Origin: Geosiphon pyriformis uo1
Taxonomy: Eukaryota; Fungi; Glomeromycota
Length of the DNA: 64,000 nucleotides
Reading direction: 5' to 3'
Assembly: GCA_016748015.1 (NCBI GenBank)
Contig: JAAOMT010000201.1
Coordinates: 124,001-188,000 of the forward strand
Numbering within the stretch: position 1 is the first letter of the stretch; each line of letters begins with the position of its first letter. Below, in pieces: positions 1-11,033 of this stretch. Under the pieces are notes generated by a model that ran no database searches, was not told the origin of the DNA, and saw only the letters and a program-made list of their open reading frames with translations. The translations under genes were made by a program, and so were the position numbers.

Positions 1-318
1 AACAGTGAATTATCTGTTAGTATTATTGCCAAGCACTTCTTAGAAGCAATTGGCAGAAAAATTAATGAGCCTTCCACTTGACTAATGACTAATGTACATG
101 ATAATAAGAAAAAAGACCTAATTATAGCCAAAGCTGTTCCTGTTCATATCAATGGCATCAGCATTGAAATAGATATGGAAGTTTCTAAAATTAAAGAATA
201 TACTATTATAGTTGGCAATGAATGGCTTAAAAAAGCAAAAGCCTTACTTGATTATAAACTTTATAAACTAACAATCAAATATAATGAGAAGTTCATTGTG
301 GTTAAATGCTGCCATTGA
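1..318 (+). pseudogene. Family A aspartic protease remnant
   Basis: NSELSVSII (decayed DSGSS) and IIVGNEWL motif in ORF 85..318. Confidence 0.75.
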
Positions 319-1032
319 ACAACCTTTCCAGTATTCAAGCAGAATCAAAAAAATGAGCAATTAGATGAATTAAATAATGAAGAGAGTGATGATAAAGAAG
401 ATCAAGAAGAACAAAAAGAAACTGCTAAACTTATCTATACTATTTTTACCAGCAATAGCAAGCCACTAGATAATGTTAAAGCTAACAAAAAAGAAATCCT
501 TGTAAATAACAAGCTAATTTGCTGGTCCTATTATGATATCTTCAAAAGAATCTTTAACAAAAAACCTGACAAAAAAGCCAAATACAGTTATTGGTGGCAT
601 GGTTCTTGTGCATAGTGCTGGTGTAATAAACTTTTGTATTTATCAAGTAATGAATGCAAATCCTGTCTGATTTATTACAAAGATTGGGAGCCAATTAGTT
701 TGATACCCAGAAAAGAAATAAAAAAAGTACAGAAGTCCTTTAAGAACAAACCACCTGAGATCCAATCATTTGCAGTAAAACAAAGAGAATTCTCTTCAGA
801 AGAAAATAAAATAGACATTGAATATCTGTTGGCTAAAAATAACCCAGTTATTTCAAAAGAAAGTGACACTCTTGAATGAACTCATATAATACAACACACC
901 ATTACTACCAAAGAAACTTGTTTCATTTATTTAAAGTCTTATTAATCCAATCAACACAATGATAAATTTATTAAAAAAGAAATAAACCAGATGAAAAATC
1001 TTAGATTTATACAAAAAACCAAGAATAAATAG

Positions 1033-2001
1033 TGTTACCAGTAAAATTTTAGCTATTAATTAGCATGAAATTACTTTTATAATTTTTATTATTAATTAGC
1101 ATACATTATTATTATTTCGATTATCACTTATTATTTAATCAAATTATTAAATATCATTACTCAATCAATAATTTGATTTGTACTTTAGATATTAAAATAA
1201 TCAAATTACACAATACTCTGAACCATTTAACATAGTCAAAATTTGCCGAAATTAATAAAAATTGGCCGAAATAATCAATAGTTCAGTGAAATAATTTGTA
1301 GTTTGCTGAAATGTATCTTTAGTTCACCTAAATTGTAGCAAAAAGAAAAGTGTAAGTTCAAAGACTAGTACTATAACAAGTTGTATAAATGAAGAGCTTT
1401 TCTTTTCAAGAAAATGTATTTTTTTATAATATCTTATTATAGTACTTTACTTTAGATATCTTAATTAAAACAAATTATATTTTACACATTCAAATAAAAA
1501 TTATATATTCGAAAACTAAATTCTTAAATTATTACACTTGAAATTCCCTCAACACAATTAACGTTTTGAAATTGATTAGCTACTAATTTCAGTAATCTGT
1601 TAGTGACTCCAGGCCTGAATAAAAAACGTTTTTCTTAACAGAATTCTATTTTTTTATATTTTTTTTATTTTCTTTTTATTTTCTATCATAATCATTAGGG
1701 TAGCCTACAGACAAGATTTCTGTAGAAGAGTTGACTTTTACAGCAAAGTAACTACACAATTTTAGTGAGCTTTCAGATGAGTAATTCCTGGAAAAGAGTT
1801 GATATTTACTACAACATAACTACACAAAATAACTGGCATGAAATTGGCCATTCCACTTATAAGCCCAGCAGTTCAAATTATAGGAAATAATTTGAAGATA
1901 AATTCAGTTACTGGAGGTCCAACTACTTCCTGGAAACGTGAATTCACAGCAAATCAACATTAACAACATTTAAAAAAAGAGACCAAAAACCTCTGGTAAC
2001 A
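1033..2001 (+). mobile_element. Solo LTR of family L
   Basis: TGTTACCAG...CTGGTAACA termini; 4-bp TSD ATAG/ATGG; homologous to minus-strand LTRs at 55484-56465 and 62056-62846. Confidence 0.92.
1240..1335 (+). repeat. Family L U3 degenerate ~20-bp tandem array (core TTCGCCGAAAT-like)
   Basis: tttgccgaaat, ttggccgaaat, ttcagtgaaat, tttgctgaaat at about 20-bp spacing; also ~56135-56250 and ~62520-62640. Confidence 0.7.
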
Positions 2002-3225
2002 ATGGGCTTTCCCAGTTGTAGTGGTATTTAAAAAAGATAGAACTCTATACTTCTGTGTCAATTACTGCCAATTAAATGCCATCACTATAAAAGACATGTA
2101 TTTACTCCCCAAAATTGATGCAATGTTAGATAAATTCAATGGTGCTGCTTTCTTTTCAACCATTGACTTAATTGCTAAATTCTAGCAAGTAGAAATAGAA
2201 CCAGAAAGCAAAAAGAAAACTGCTTTTATTACTAAGTATGGCACCTATGAATTTACAGTCATGCCTTTTGGTTTTACTAATGCTCCTCTTACCTTTCAAT
2301 GTCTAATAGACAAAATGTTTGAATCAGTAAAAGAAAACTTTGTTTTGGTTTACTTGAACAATATAATGGTATACTCAAAAACCTGGGATAAACACCTTGA
2401 ACACTTGTAAAAAGTTTTTGACCTTCTTAGAAATGCTGGCCTCAAGATAAATCCAATTTAATCTTTTTTTGGATGTCAATCCACCCAGTTTTTTGGTTAT
2501 CTTATTGCAAAAGATCGAATTTTCCCTGACCCAACTAAAATTGAAAAAGTTCAGAACATTAGACAACCAATAAATATTCTTAAACTACACTCTTTCCTTG
2601 GTTTGACTTCTTACTATTGCAAATTTATTAAGAATTTCTCCAAAATTGTCTTTTCATTCAATCAGCTACTCAAGAAAAATGTCAATTATTACTGGGACAC
2701 TTATCAACAAAAAGCTTTTGAAATTCTGAAGGAAAAACTTGTTACTGAACCAAGTTTTAAACAACCTAACTTGGACTAATTTTTTATTCTCCACACTGAT
2801 ATATCTGGCTATGGACTTGGTGCTGTTCTCTCACAAAAAAATAAAGATAACAGAGAACATGCTATAGCATATGTTAGTAGATCCTTTACACCAGCAGAAA
2901 AGAACTATTCAATCACTGAGCAAAAATGCTTAGCAGTAGTTTGGGCTACCAGTTACTAGAACAAATATCTCCTTGGTGTAAAGTTTTTGGTAGTAACAGA
3001 TTACCAAGTCTTGGTTTGGCTATGTAATAAAAAAAAGCTGGAACACAAATAGATAACTCGCTAAATACTCCACTTGAACAAATTCAACTATGACATCCAA
3101 CACCACAAAAGAGCTAATTATCAAAACACTGACACTTTCTCTAAACTTACCATCTAGTAATAGTACAACCCTTTTAAACCAAACCAACTTAATTATTAGT
3201 AACTCTTCTTTTGACAAACACAATA

Positions 3226-4538
3226 ATAAGCTTGGACAACTACTCTGTCTTAATGAAATTTTTGGGTAAAGAACAATATTCACCAGAATACACTTGACAG
3301 CAAAGAGAACATTTGTGTAAACAATTAAATTTCTATTTGATCTGCCAGAACCAATTATATAAAAAAAACAGAAAAGATCCTAACTGCTCTTAGAGATTTA
3401 TCAGATTTGAAGAAAGAGAAATTGTAATATAAAACATGTATACTGACCCATTAGCTGAACACTTTGGAAAAACAAAAACAATTCAGAAAATTTTAGCTCA
3501 CTATTATTAGTCTACTTTGGAAAAAAACATTGCTAAATACATTAAAACCTGTGATATTTGCCAAAAAAGAAGCAAACCCAATCACAAAAAAAATATCTAC
3601 CCAATCTCTGTTGGTTAACCATTTGATAGAATTGGTATAGATGTTGTTGAATCTTTAATAATAACTTTTAATAACAACAAATACATTATTACAGTTACTG
3701 ACTATTTTACAAAATAAGTAGAAGCAAGAGCTACTCCAGACCAAACAGTAGTCTCAATAGCCAATTTTATTTATGAAGATATTATCTGCCATTATGGCTG
3801 CTCCAGAGAACTTTTATCTGATAAAAAAAAAGCTTTTCTCAATACACTAGTTGAAGAACTTTGCAAGAAAATGGGAATATGTTATAAACTTTCCTCCCTT
3901 TATTACTCTTAAACAAATAGCCTAGTAGAATGTTTCAATAGAACACTATATGAAACTCTAGCCAAAACCAGTAAAGAAACAAACTTATAGAACAAAGTAC
4001 TGCCTTTAGCTTTGTTTGCTTATAAAACTGTAAATCATAACATAACAAGTTATGAACCTTTTTATCTGCTTTATGGATGTATGGCAACACTACCAATAGA
4101 AACTGATATTGAAACAAAACTATTTGAAGAGATTATAATAAGAAATTACAAAGACATTTTGCAAAGAAAACTTGGTACCATTCTTGACTCTTTGGTAGAA
4201 GCATGAATAATTGTCTTTGAAAAAATAAACAGTTTTAAAAAAAGCTTAAAAAAAAGAAAACCTATAAAACACTTTCTTTAAGTGTTAGTGACTTGGTATT
4301 AAAATACCATTCAGACAAAAACAATATTTATGGTGATAAATTTTTTAGCTGGTGAAAAAGACCTTTTATAGTCAACAAAGTTTTGAACAATGGTTTTTAT
4401 ATTCTTCAAGATCAATTCAGAACAATTTTCAATGATTATCTTGTTTATAATACACAACTCAAGAAATATTACAAATGACTTGATTGGTTGTCTGTTGTGG
4501 TAATACTGACCCAAATAATCAGCAAAAATCAAGTATAA
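3226..4538 (+). pseudogene. Family A integrase (separate ORF), decayed
   Basis: EHFG...CDICQ zinc motif, IGIDVV, LLSD, TNSLVECFNRTL; different frame from the RNase H stop. Confidence 0.85.
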
Positions 4539-4589
4539 ATAAATGCATCATTCCCAAAACAAAAATATTTTCAATCGACATAAACAATT

Positions 4590-5220
4590 ATTTTTTGGAT
4601 CAAAACATTCAAAACACTTTTTATACTTTCCATGAGTATTGGATCAAAAACTATCTAAATGCTACTCTGACTATTAAAAAACAGATCATTATAATGAATA
4701 GCAGTAGAACACATACTGTTATTAGACCAAAGAAAACCACTATTAGAAGAGAAAAAATTGGTAGCAAAATAAATAAATATATATCTGTTGAAAAGTATAA
4801 CAGCAACTATATTCTTATTTTTTAGAACAATTGGAAAAACAATTCAAAAAATCTTGTTTATAGACAAAAATTTGTCATATGAAAGGCAATTAAAACTCTA
4901 TGGTTGCTTTGGAGAAATCATAGAGGATATAAAACTCATGAAGAAAACAACTTCAGAGATACAGGCAGAAATTTTGGACATTATATGGTTATATATTCCA
5001 AAAATTTTAACTATTGCTAGAAAAACCAAAACTTTAATACAAAAATTTGGTTTTTTGGATACAAAATTCATTTCACTTTAAGTATTATATACCCTATTCA
5101 CAAAAAACTTCAATAAATTAGTTAGCTTTGAGTTAGATAAAACTTTTTAATTAAATTACATCATGAATAGCTTGATTTCACTGGAGCTCAATTTCTTTGG
5201 AAAGAATAATATTATGATTG
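4590..5220 (+). pseudogene. Family A ORF3 remnant (unknown function, frameshifted)
   Basis: ORFs 4484..4825 and 4788..5081 lie between IN and PPT; weak match to ORF3 of B/L (DQNIQ..LTI, LYGCFG, IARKTKTL). Confidence 0.55.
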
Positions 5221-5670
5221 AAACCTATACTTCTTATTAATTATCACATATATTAGCCACTAATGTCATATAATTAGCCATTCTATTTTTAAATAGTGAT
5301 CATTGATCTGATCATTGACCTAATTGTTGACCTGATTATTGACCACTTTTGATAGCTATATAAGTGATGAATCTCTTAACTATAGAAAAAAATATAAAAA
5401 TCAAAGAAAGAAAAGAAATAAAATAACAACTTCATTTCAATTCTTTTCTTATCACTAATTTTTTTTTCTTATCTTCAAGTATCTGAACATTTTAAAGATA
5501 AAAAAATACTTATTGGTTATTTCCTACCTTTTTCCTAAAACATGTAATTGTAGTATTTGAAAATTGTTAAATAAAACATGATTAAAAAGTATATCTGATA
5601 CCTGATATTGAATTCTAAGAGTGCCAACATGAGACATAGAATTATACCAGTATATGATCATTTGTTAACA
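5210..5670 (+). mobile_element. Probable family A 3' LTR (right end uncertain)
   Basis: TATTATGA (decayed TGTTAC) directly after PPT; U3 repeats 5297-5344; CTATATAAG near 5357. Confidence 0.5.
5297..5344 (+). repeat. 4 x 12-bp tandem repeat TGATCATTGACC in family A U3
   Basis: tgatcattgatc tgatcattgacc taattgttgacc tgattattgacc. Confidence 0.85.
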
Positions 5671-6468
5671 ATATGGAATATTCCTCTATCTTCAGATTCC
5701 TGGTTATCTTTTGAAAAGTATAGTAACTGAGATATTTTATGAAACTAATCTTGTATATTAAATTTATATTCATTCAATTCACTCTTTGAAGTTGAATTCT
5801 CTTTGATTCCTTTTATTACTCTACAATCCTGTTTTCTCTTGCTATCTGTTAGTTTGTTACTCCAACCTGTAATAATATTCTTAATAAAAAACCAAATAAC
5901 AATATGTTAAAAACTCAAAATAAACAAATTTTTTCCCCATTTATATTTTTATTATCATATACTATTATATAACAACAAAAGCTGACAAATGCCTTTAGAA
6001 ATTAACATATGCAGAATAAAACATTTGGAAAAATAAAGTTAAAAGTCAGAGTTTTGAATAATACAAATATTAGTCAACCATATATTTTATTTAATTTAAT
6101 AATCAATTATATATTTTAATTGTCTTTGACTATAATATTATTCTATCTAGTTTCCTTAACCTATCCTAAAAATTTTATTCTAAAATTTCCAAAAAAAACT
6201 CTATATTTGTCTGAACAAATATATCTATATAATAAAAACAAACATATAGAAAAGGAAACCAACTTTAATGAAATATAAATTATTAATTAAACATTAGATA
6301 ATGAGACAAATATTGAACTTACTATATAAAAAAACCTAAAAATTACATAAAAGTCAACAATTATAGTGTTTACAAAAACATTTAGCAGACTTTTTTAACC
6401 ATGAATAAAAACAAATCAAAGACATCTACCAAGTTATTAAATAGTATTGTCCACTTTGAGATATGTGT

Positions 6469-7386
6469 TGTTACTGGAAGAAAAAAAACCTATTAAAGAA
6501 AGAAAAAAAAATGTAACCTGAAGAAAAACGTGACAAAATGTAAAAGAATACAGAATAGTACGCAATAATGTTGAATAACATGTTATAATATAGAATAACG
6601 TGTTATAACGTAGGATAACATGTTATAATACAGGATAACATAGAATAACATGTAATAATGTTAGATAATGTGTTATAACATAGGATAATTAGTTATAATG
6701 TAAGAAAAATGAAGTGATAACTAGCAAATCCAGACAATCCAAAACAATTCTGTAAAACTAGAAAATACACATATATAGCAATAGCATTGGAAGCAGAAAA
6801 AAGGAGACAGAGACAGAAATTTCTTAGTTACTATTCCCCAATTAGAAACCATAGCATTCCAAAATATCAATAAATATACTTATTTAGCATCTTAAATCCA
6901 GTTGTTTGCTATCAACCCTAAATGGTAATAGTAATTGATACTTAAAACACATGGAAACAATAGTCCTTGATCACAGCTATTGATAAAATACTAACTTATA
7001 TTGTCTTGGCTTATTGTTTTTATTTTTCTTTATCTCTTTTATTTTTGCTTTTATTTTGTTGTGTATACTAATTGATTAAGGATTAAGCATTAAGTATTGA
7101 TGTCAAGAATTGCCTAGTAAAAGACCTCTGTGAGTGAATAGAATGCATAAAAATTACAGATTGCTTACCAGAAGATTGCTGGCCACCACACTAAGAAAGA
7201 AATTTCCAGAATTGCAATTCTGGAAAGCTATAGATAAAATAAACATGAGAATCTCTATTTATTATACAAAGAACTCCAATCAAAATCTTCAGATTGAAAC
7301 ATCTTCAAACATTATTAACGTCATCAATTGAGCACTAAGTTATGGTTTGTTATTTGCTTTGAGACCCCAAATAATCACCTGTAATA
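6469..7386 (+). repeat. B1 5' LTR
   Basis: TGTTACTGG...CTGTAATA followed by PBS; U3 matches 45982 onward. Confidence 0.9.
6565..6702 (+). repeat. B1 U3 ~20-bp tandem array TGTTATAACATAGGATAAC
   Basis: about 7 imperfect units containing the palindrome TGTTATAACA; fewer units at ~46073-46170. Confidence 0.85.
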
Positions 7387-7388
7387 TT

Positions 7389-7405
7389 TGGTGCTTTCTG
7401 TGAGG
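7389..7405 (+). promoter_or_regulatory. Primer binding site, probably elongator tRNA-Met
   Basis: TGGTGCT(C/T)(C/T)CTGTGAGG 2 nt after the LTR; same at 10974, 34960, 46849 and 45213-45229 (-); complement CCUCACAGGGAGCACCA resembles eukaryotic elongator tRNA-Met 3' ends. Confidence 0.8.
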
Positions 7406-7448
7406 TATAATTTTACAGAGAACCAGTACTAACAACAATCATCCAAAA

Positions 7449-10126
7449 GTGGCAGAATCAAAAATCATAGGAGCAAACCATTTAAGATTCGCCAAATCCT
7501 TGTTTCAACAGTACAGCCAACAGTTAGAATTAAACAACAACTATTTTCCAGTGGAATTAGCCTTCAATTTTTATGTTAATGATAAAATCACAGACTGCTT
7601 AGGAGAAACAGTTAACATTGAATCCACAAGAGAAAATTTCTATACAGAATTATTTCAACATACCAGCTTACCAAGAAATCACAGTTTCACACCAATCATC
7701 AGAGAAATCAATTAAACCATTGAAAAGTACACCCAACAACAATTTCTCATCACTTATGCAGACAAAGGCAAAGGAAGATTGCAAACACCAGTAGTAACAC
7801 CCAAAAAAATACAACCATTTACTTGGAAGAAAACCAGAGTTGAATTACCAACCAATTTATCATATTATTATACATCAGGAAGTGCCATTAACATCTCTTT
7901 AGCAGACATGTCCACATCAAATAAAATATCAACCTTTGGATGATTCTCATTTTAAAGTAAACAAAAAAGAGCAGAGTTATTAGGACCATATGGCAAATAT
8001 TTTGAAGGATTTAAATCACAATGACCAATGTTATCAGGATTTTGATCACTGTCACCCCCACCAGACTTTGGAACAACTGATCTGTGGGAAGTAATGGAAT
8101 CAAAAGAAGAGGAAGAAGAAGAAAGTGAGGATCAGAAATTTACTTACCAAAACCCAATCCTAGAAAATCCGGAAGTTGAAACTCCAAACATTTAAACCCA
8201 GCAAACTCAAAACAATCCAAACTCCAAAACAATTAATTAGCAAAACTTACCTTCAGTAATTGTTATCAATCAGCCACCAATTGAACTAATTATCAAACCA
8301 ATTCAACAGCAGCCACTTTAGCAACCTATTCAACAATTACTACCATCACAACAACTGATCACACAAATGGCATACACACCCATCACAAAGCTAAAAAAAT
8401 TTTCTGGTGAAAAGAATGACAGTTAAACATGAATCAATGACATTACCAAAACCATTACCACCAATAATTGGGATGATGCCAGAGCTCTTCAAGCAATCCC
8501 CTATTTTCTTCAGGATGCCACTAACTCATGGTATTATAACCTAGCTCAGATATAATAAACATTTGATGCATTTAAATTGGAATTTTTAAAATACTTTAGT
8601 AATAGCAATAGCATCAACCACTTAGCCAACATCTTTATTACCATTGAGCAAGGAGAAACTGAAACAGTCACTACTTACTTGGGACACTTCCACAGGAATC
8701 TGCACCAAATTCAGACAATACAAGTTGATTATTTCACAGTGCCACAAATTCTAAACCAATTCATTAGAGGCCTGTACAGTAGTATTCTCCAATGCATACA
8801 TCTTTTGCATCCAGCAGATCTTCAAGCTGCTATTACAAATGCCAGAGATTTTGAAGCAGCTGAACTTGAAGCCAACCATGCCCAAGCCATAAATCTAGTG
8901 ATGAACAGATCATTTGAATTGAATTCCAAATTAAAACAATTCAGTAATTCAATTAATCAGAAACTAGAAGGATACTTAGCTGACAATTAAGCAATTTATT
9001 AGCCTTCACAATAACACAATAATTCAGAAAACACGAATCATTTCCAAAATCAGTTGCATTCCTTATTATCATCATTCAATCAGCCATGGCAGCAAAAGAT
9101 GCATAGTTACTACAATTGTAGTACACAAGGTTACATCAGAGCTAGCTGCCAAGTTTATAGCAATAATTTATGATTGGAAAATCAAAATCAAAACTCCAAT
9201 TGCAGATTTCAAACTCCAAACCACTACTCAAATCAAGATTACTATCAACCATACTACACTCAAATAGCACAACAACCAATCTACTAAATCTTAGCACCAG
9301 TTATCTACCAGCCATAGCTGCAAGTAATATATCACCTACAACAAATTCAAACCCCACCACACAATTCAATCCAGATGTCACTTGGAAACCAAAGACCAAA
9401 AATCATTCAGCAAAACTAAAGATCAGTGATGGTTTTACATTAACCAATCTCCAGTTTATCTAACCATGCCTTAGAATCATGTCTCAGGAATTTGGAAAAT
9501 AGGTACAACTAAAATCAGAGTTTCCAGAACTATCTGAGTCTCCTGGTTACTCCAGAAGACGTCTCAACTAACAACAACCTGAAAACCTCCCTGAAACAAA
9601 CAATCAATAACAACATATCTCCAGCCATTGTCACAAACAATGAATTGTTAGCAGTTATTTTTCCCTTTGAAATCAAAGGACCAACCGAAACTCTTCTCTT
9701 TAGCAGAGCCACCCTTGATATGAAACTCATCACTGCTATATACACCAATGCCAAGATCAATGGGCAGGCCATTAAGCTAATCTTAGACAATAATTCAGCA
9801 GGCAGCATCATCACATGACAACTCATAGACCAATTAGGTTGCCGAGTTGATTGCACTACCAGCATTAGAATTATCACTGCTAATGGAGCCACCAAAACTC
9901 CAATTGGTGAAATCAACAATTTTCTCATCAAAGTCAATGGTATTATTGTACCAATCAAGGTTTTAGTTATGGAAGCCACCTAGTATTAAGCTCTTATTGG
10001 TAATGACTGGCTGTCTAAAACCAATGCCATGCTCGACTGGAACACCCAGAAACTACAGCTCAGCCAAAATGGATAGCATACTAGAGTATCAGCCACCTGT
10101 GGATACTTCAAGACCACTACAACTAT
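7449..10126 (+). pseudogene. B1 gag-protease (5' part), interrupted by B2
   Basis: MAYTPITKLKKFSGE capsid start at 8367, decayed zinc knuckle near 9110-9150, LILDNNSAGS and LIGNDWL protease motifs. Confidence 0.88.
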
Positions 10127-10971
10127 TGTTACTTATAAAAAAAAAACAGATATAGAAAAATAGTAAACCAATAAGCAAATAGCATTTAGCATGTGAGCAC
10201 ATTATTTAGCAATGTAGAGCAATGTTAGAAAACATTACACATTGCTTAACAATGTGAAGTGATGTTAGAAAATTAGGGCACATTGTTCAGCAATGTGAGC
10301 ATTGCTCAAGAAATCATAGCATATCACTCGAGAATATGAACAATCTCATAAAACATCAATTATGTATATATAGTGATAATGTTAAAAATAGAAAAAGAAA
10401 AATCCTTTAGTTAGAAACATTCCATCCATAATATTAATAAATAATTATTCACCATTTTAATTCACTCTTTACTATCAATACTTCATGTTGATAGTAATTA
10501 ATACTTAATCACACTGGAACAATAGCTCTTAATCACAGCTATTGACAGATTACTAACATTCATTGTCTTTGCTGATTTCTCATTTTTTATTTTTTGTTAT
10601 TCTTTGGTTTATATTTTTTTATTGTTATTACTTTTTTGTTTTACTAATTGATTGAAGATTAAGCACTAAGTTATTGATATCAAGGATTGCCTAGTAAAAG
10701 ACCCCTGCAAGTGGGTAAAACATGTAAAAGAATTACAGATTACTTACCAGAAAATTGCCAGCCACCACACCAAGAGAAAAATTGACAGAATTGCAATTTT
10801 GAGAAGCTATGGATAAACCACTATTGAATCTCTGTTTATTATACAAAGAACTCAACAACCAAAATCTTCAGACAAACAACATCTTCAGATCACCATCATC
10901 AGGAATAGCTTTTGAGCACCAGGTTACAAGTTTGTTATTTGATTTGAGACCCCAAATAATTACCTGTAACA
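10127..10971 (+). repeat. B2 5' LTR
   Basis: TGTTAC...TGTAACA; U3 AGCAATGT/ACATTGCT repeats ~10187-10345; TATATATA 10365-10372. Confidence 0.93.
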
Positions 10972-11033
10972 TTTGGTGCTCCCTGTGAGATATAATTCTA
11001 CAGAAAACCAGCACCAACTACAACCATTCAAAA

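Larger units (their letters stand above)
880..3157 (+). pseudogene. Family A reverse transcriptase-RNase H, split by solo LTR 1033-2001
   Basis: KNKW|AFPVVVV across the insertion, MPFGFTNAP, VYLNNI (decayed YLDD), LHTDISGYGLGAVLSQ, EKNYSITE; ends NTDTFSKLTI-TAG at 3155-3157. Confidence 0.9.
1..5209 (+). mobile_element. Family A Ty3/gypsy retrotransposon internal region (5' part outside window), decayed
   Basis: PR, RT, RNase H and IN remnants in gypsy order, then ORF3 and a PPT-like tract GGAAAGAATAA ending at 5209. Confidence 0.9.

Noticed and set aside
5670-6468. Possible host gene fragment in the only unassigned stretch
   Set aside because: AT-rich, no ORF in the track, stops in the frames I read and no recognisable motif
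9530-9979. Recurrent antisense ORFs over PR and gag (also 32542, 37152, 49993 and others)
   Set aside because: They are shadows of the sense coding frame, with no consistent start, stop or recognisable motif
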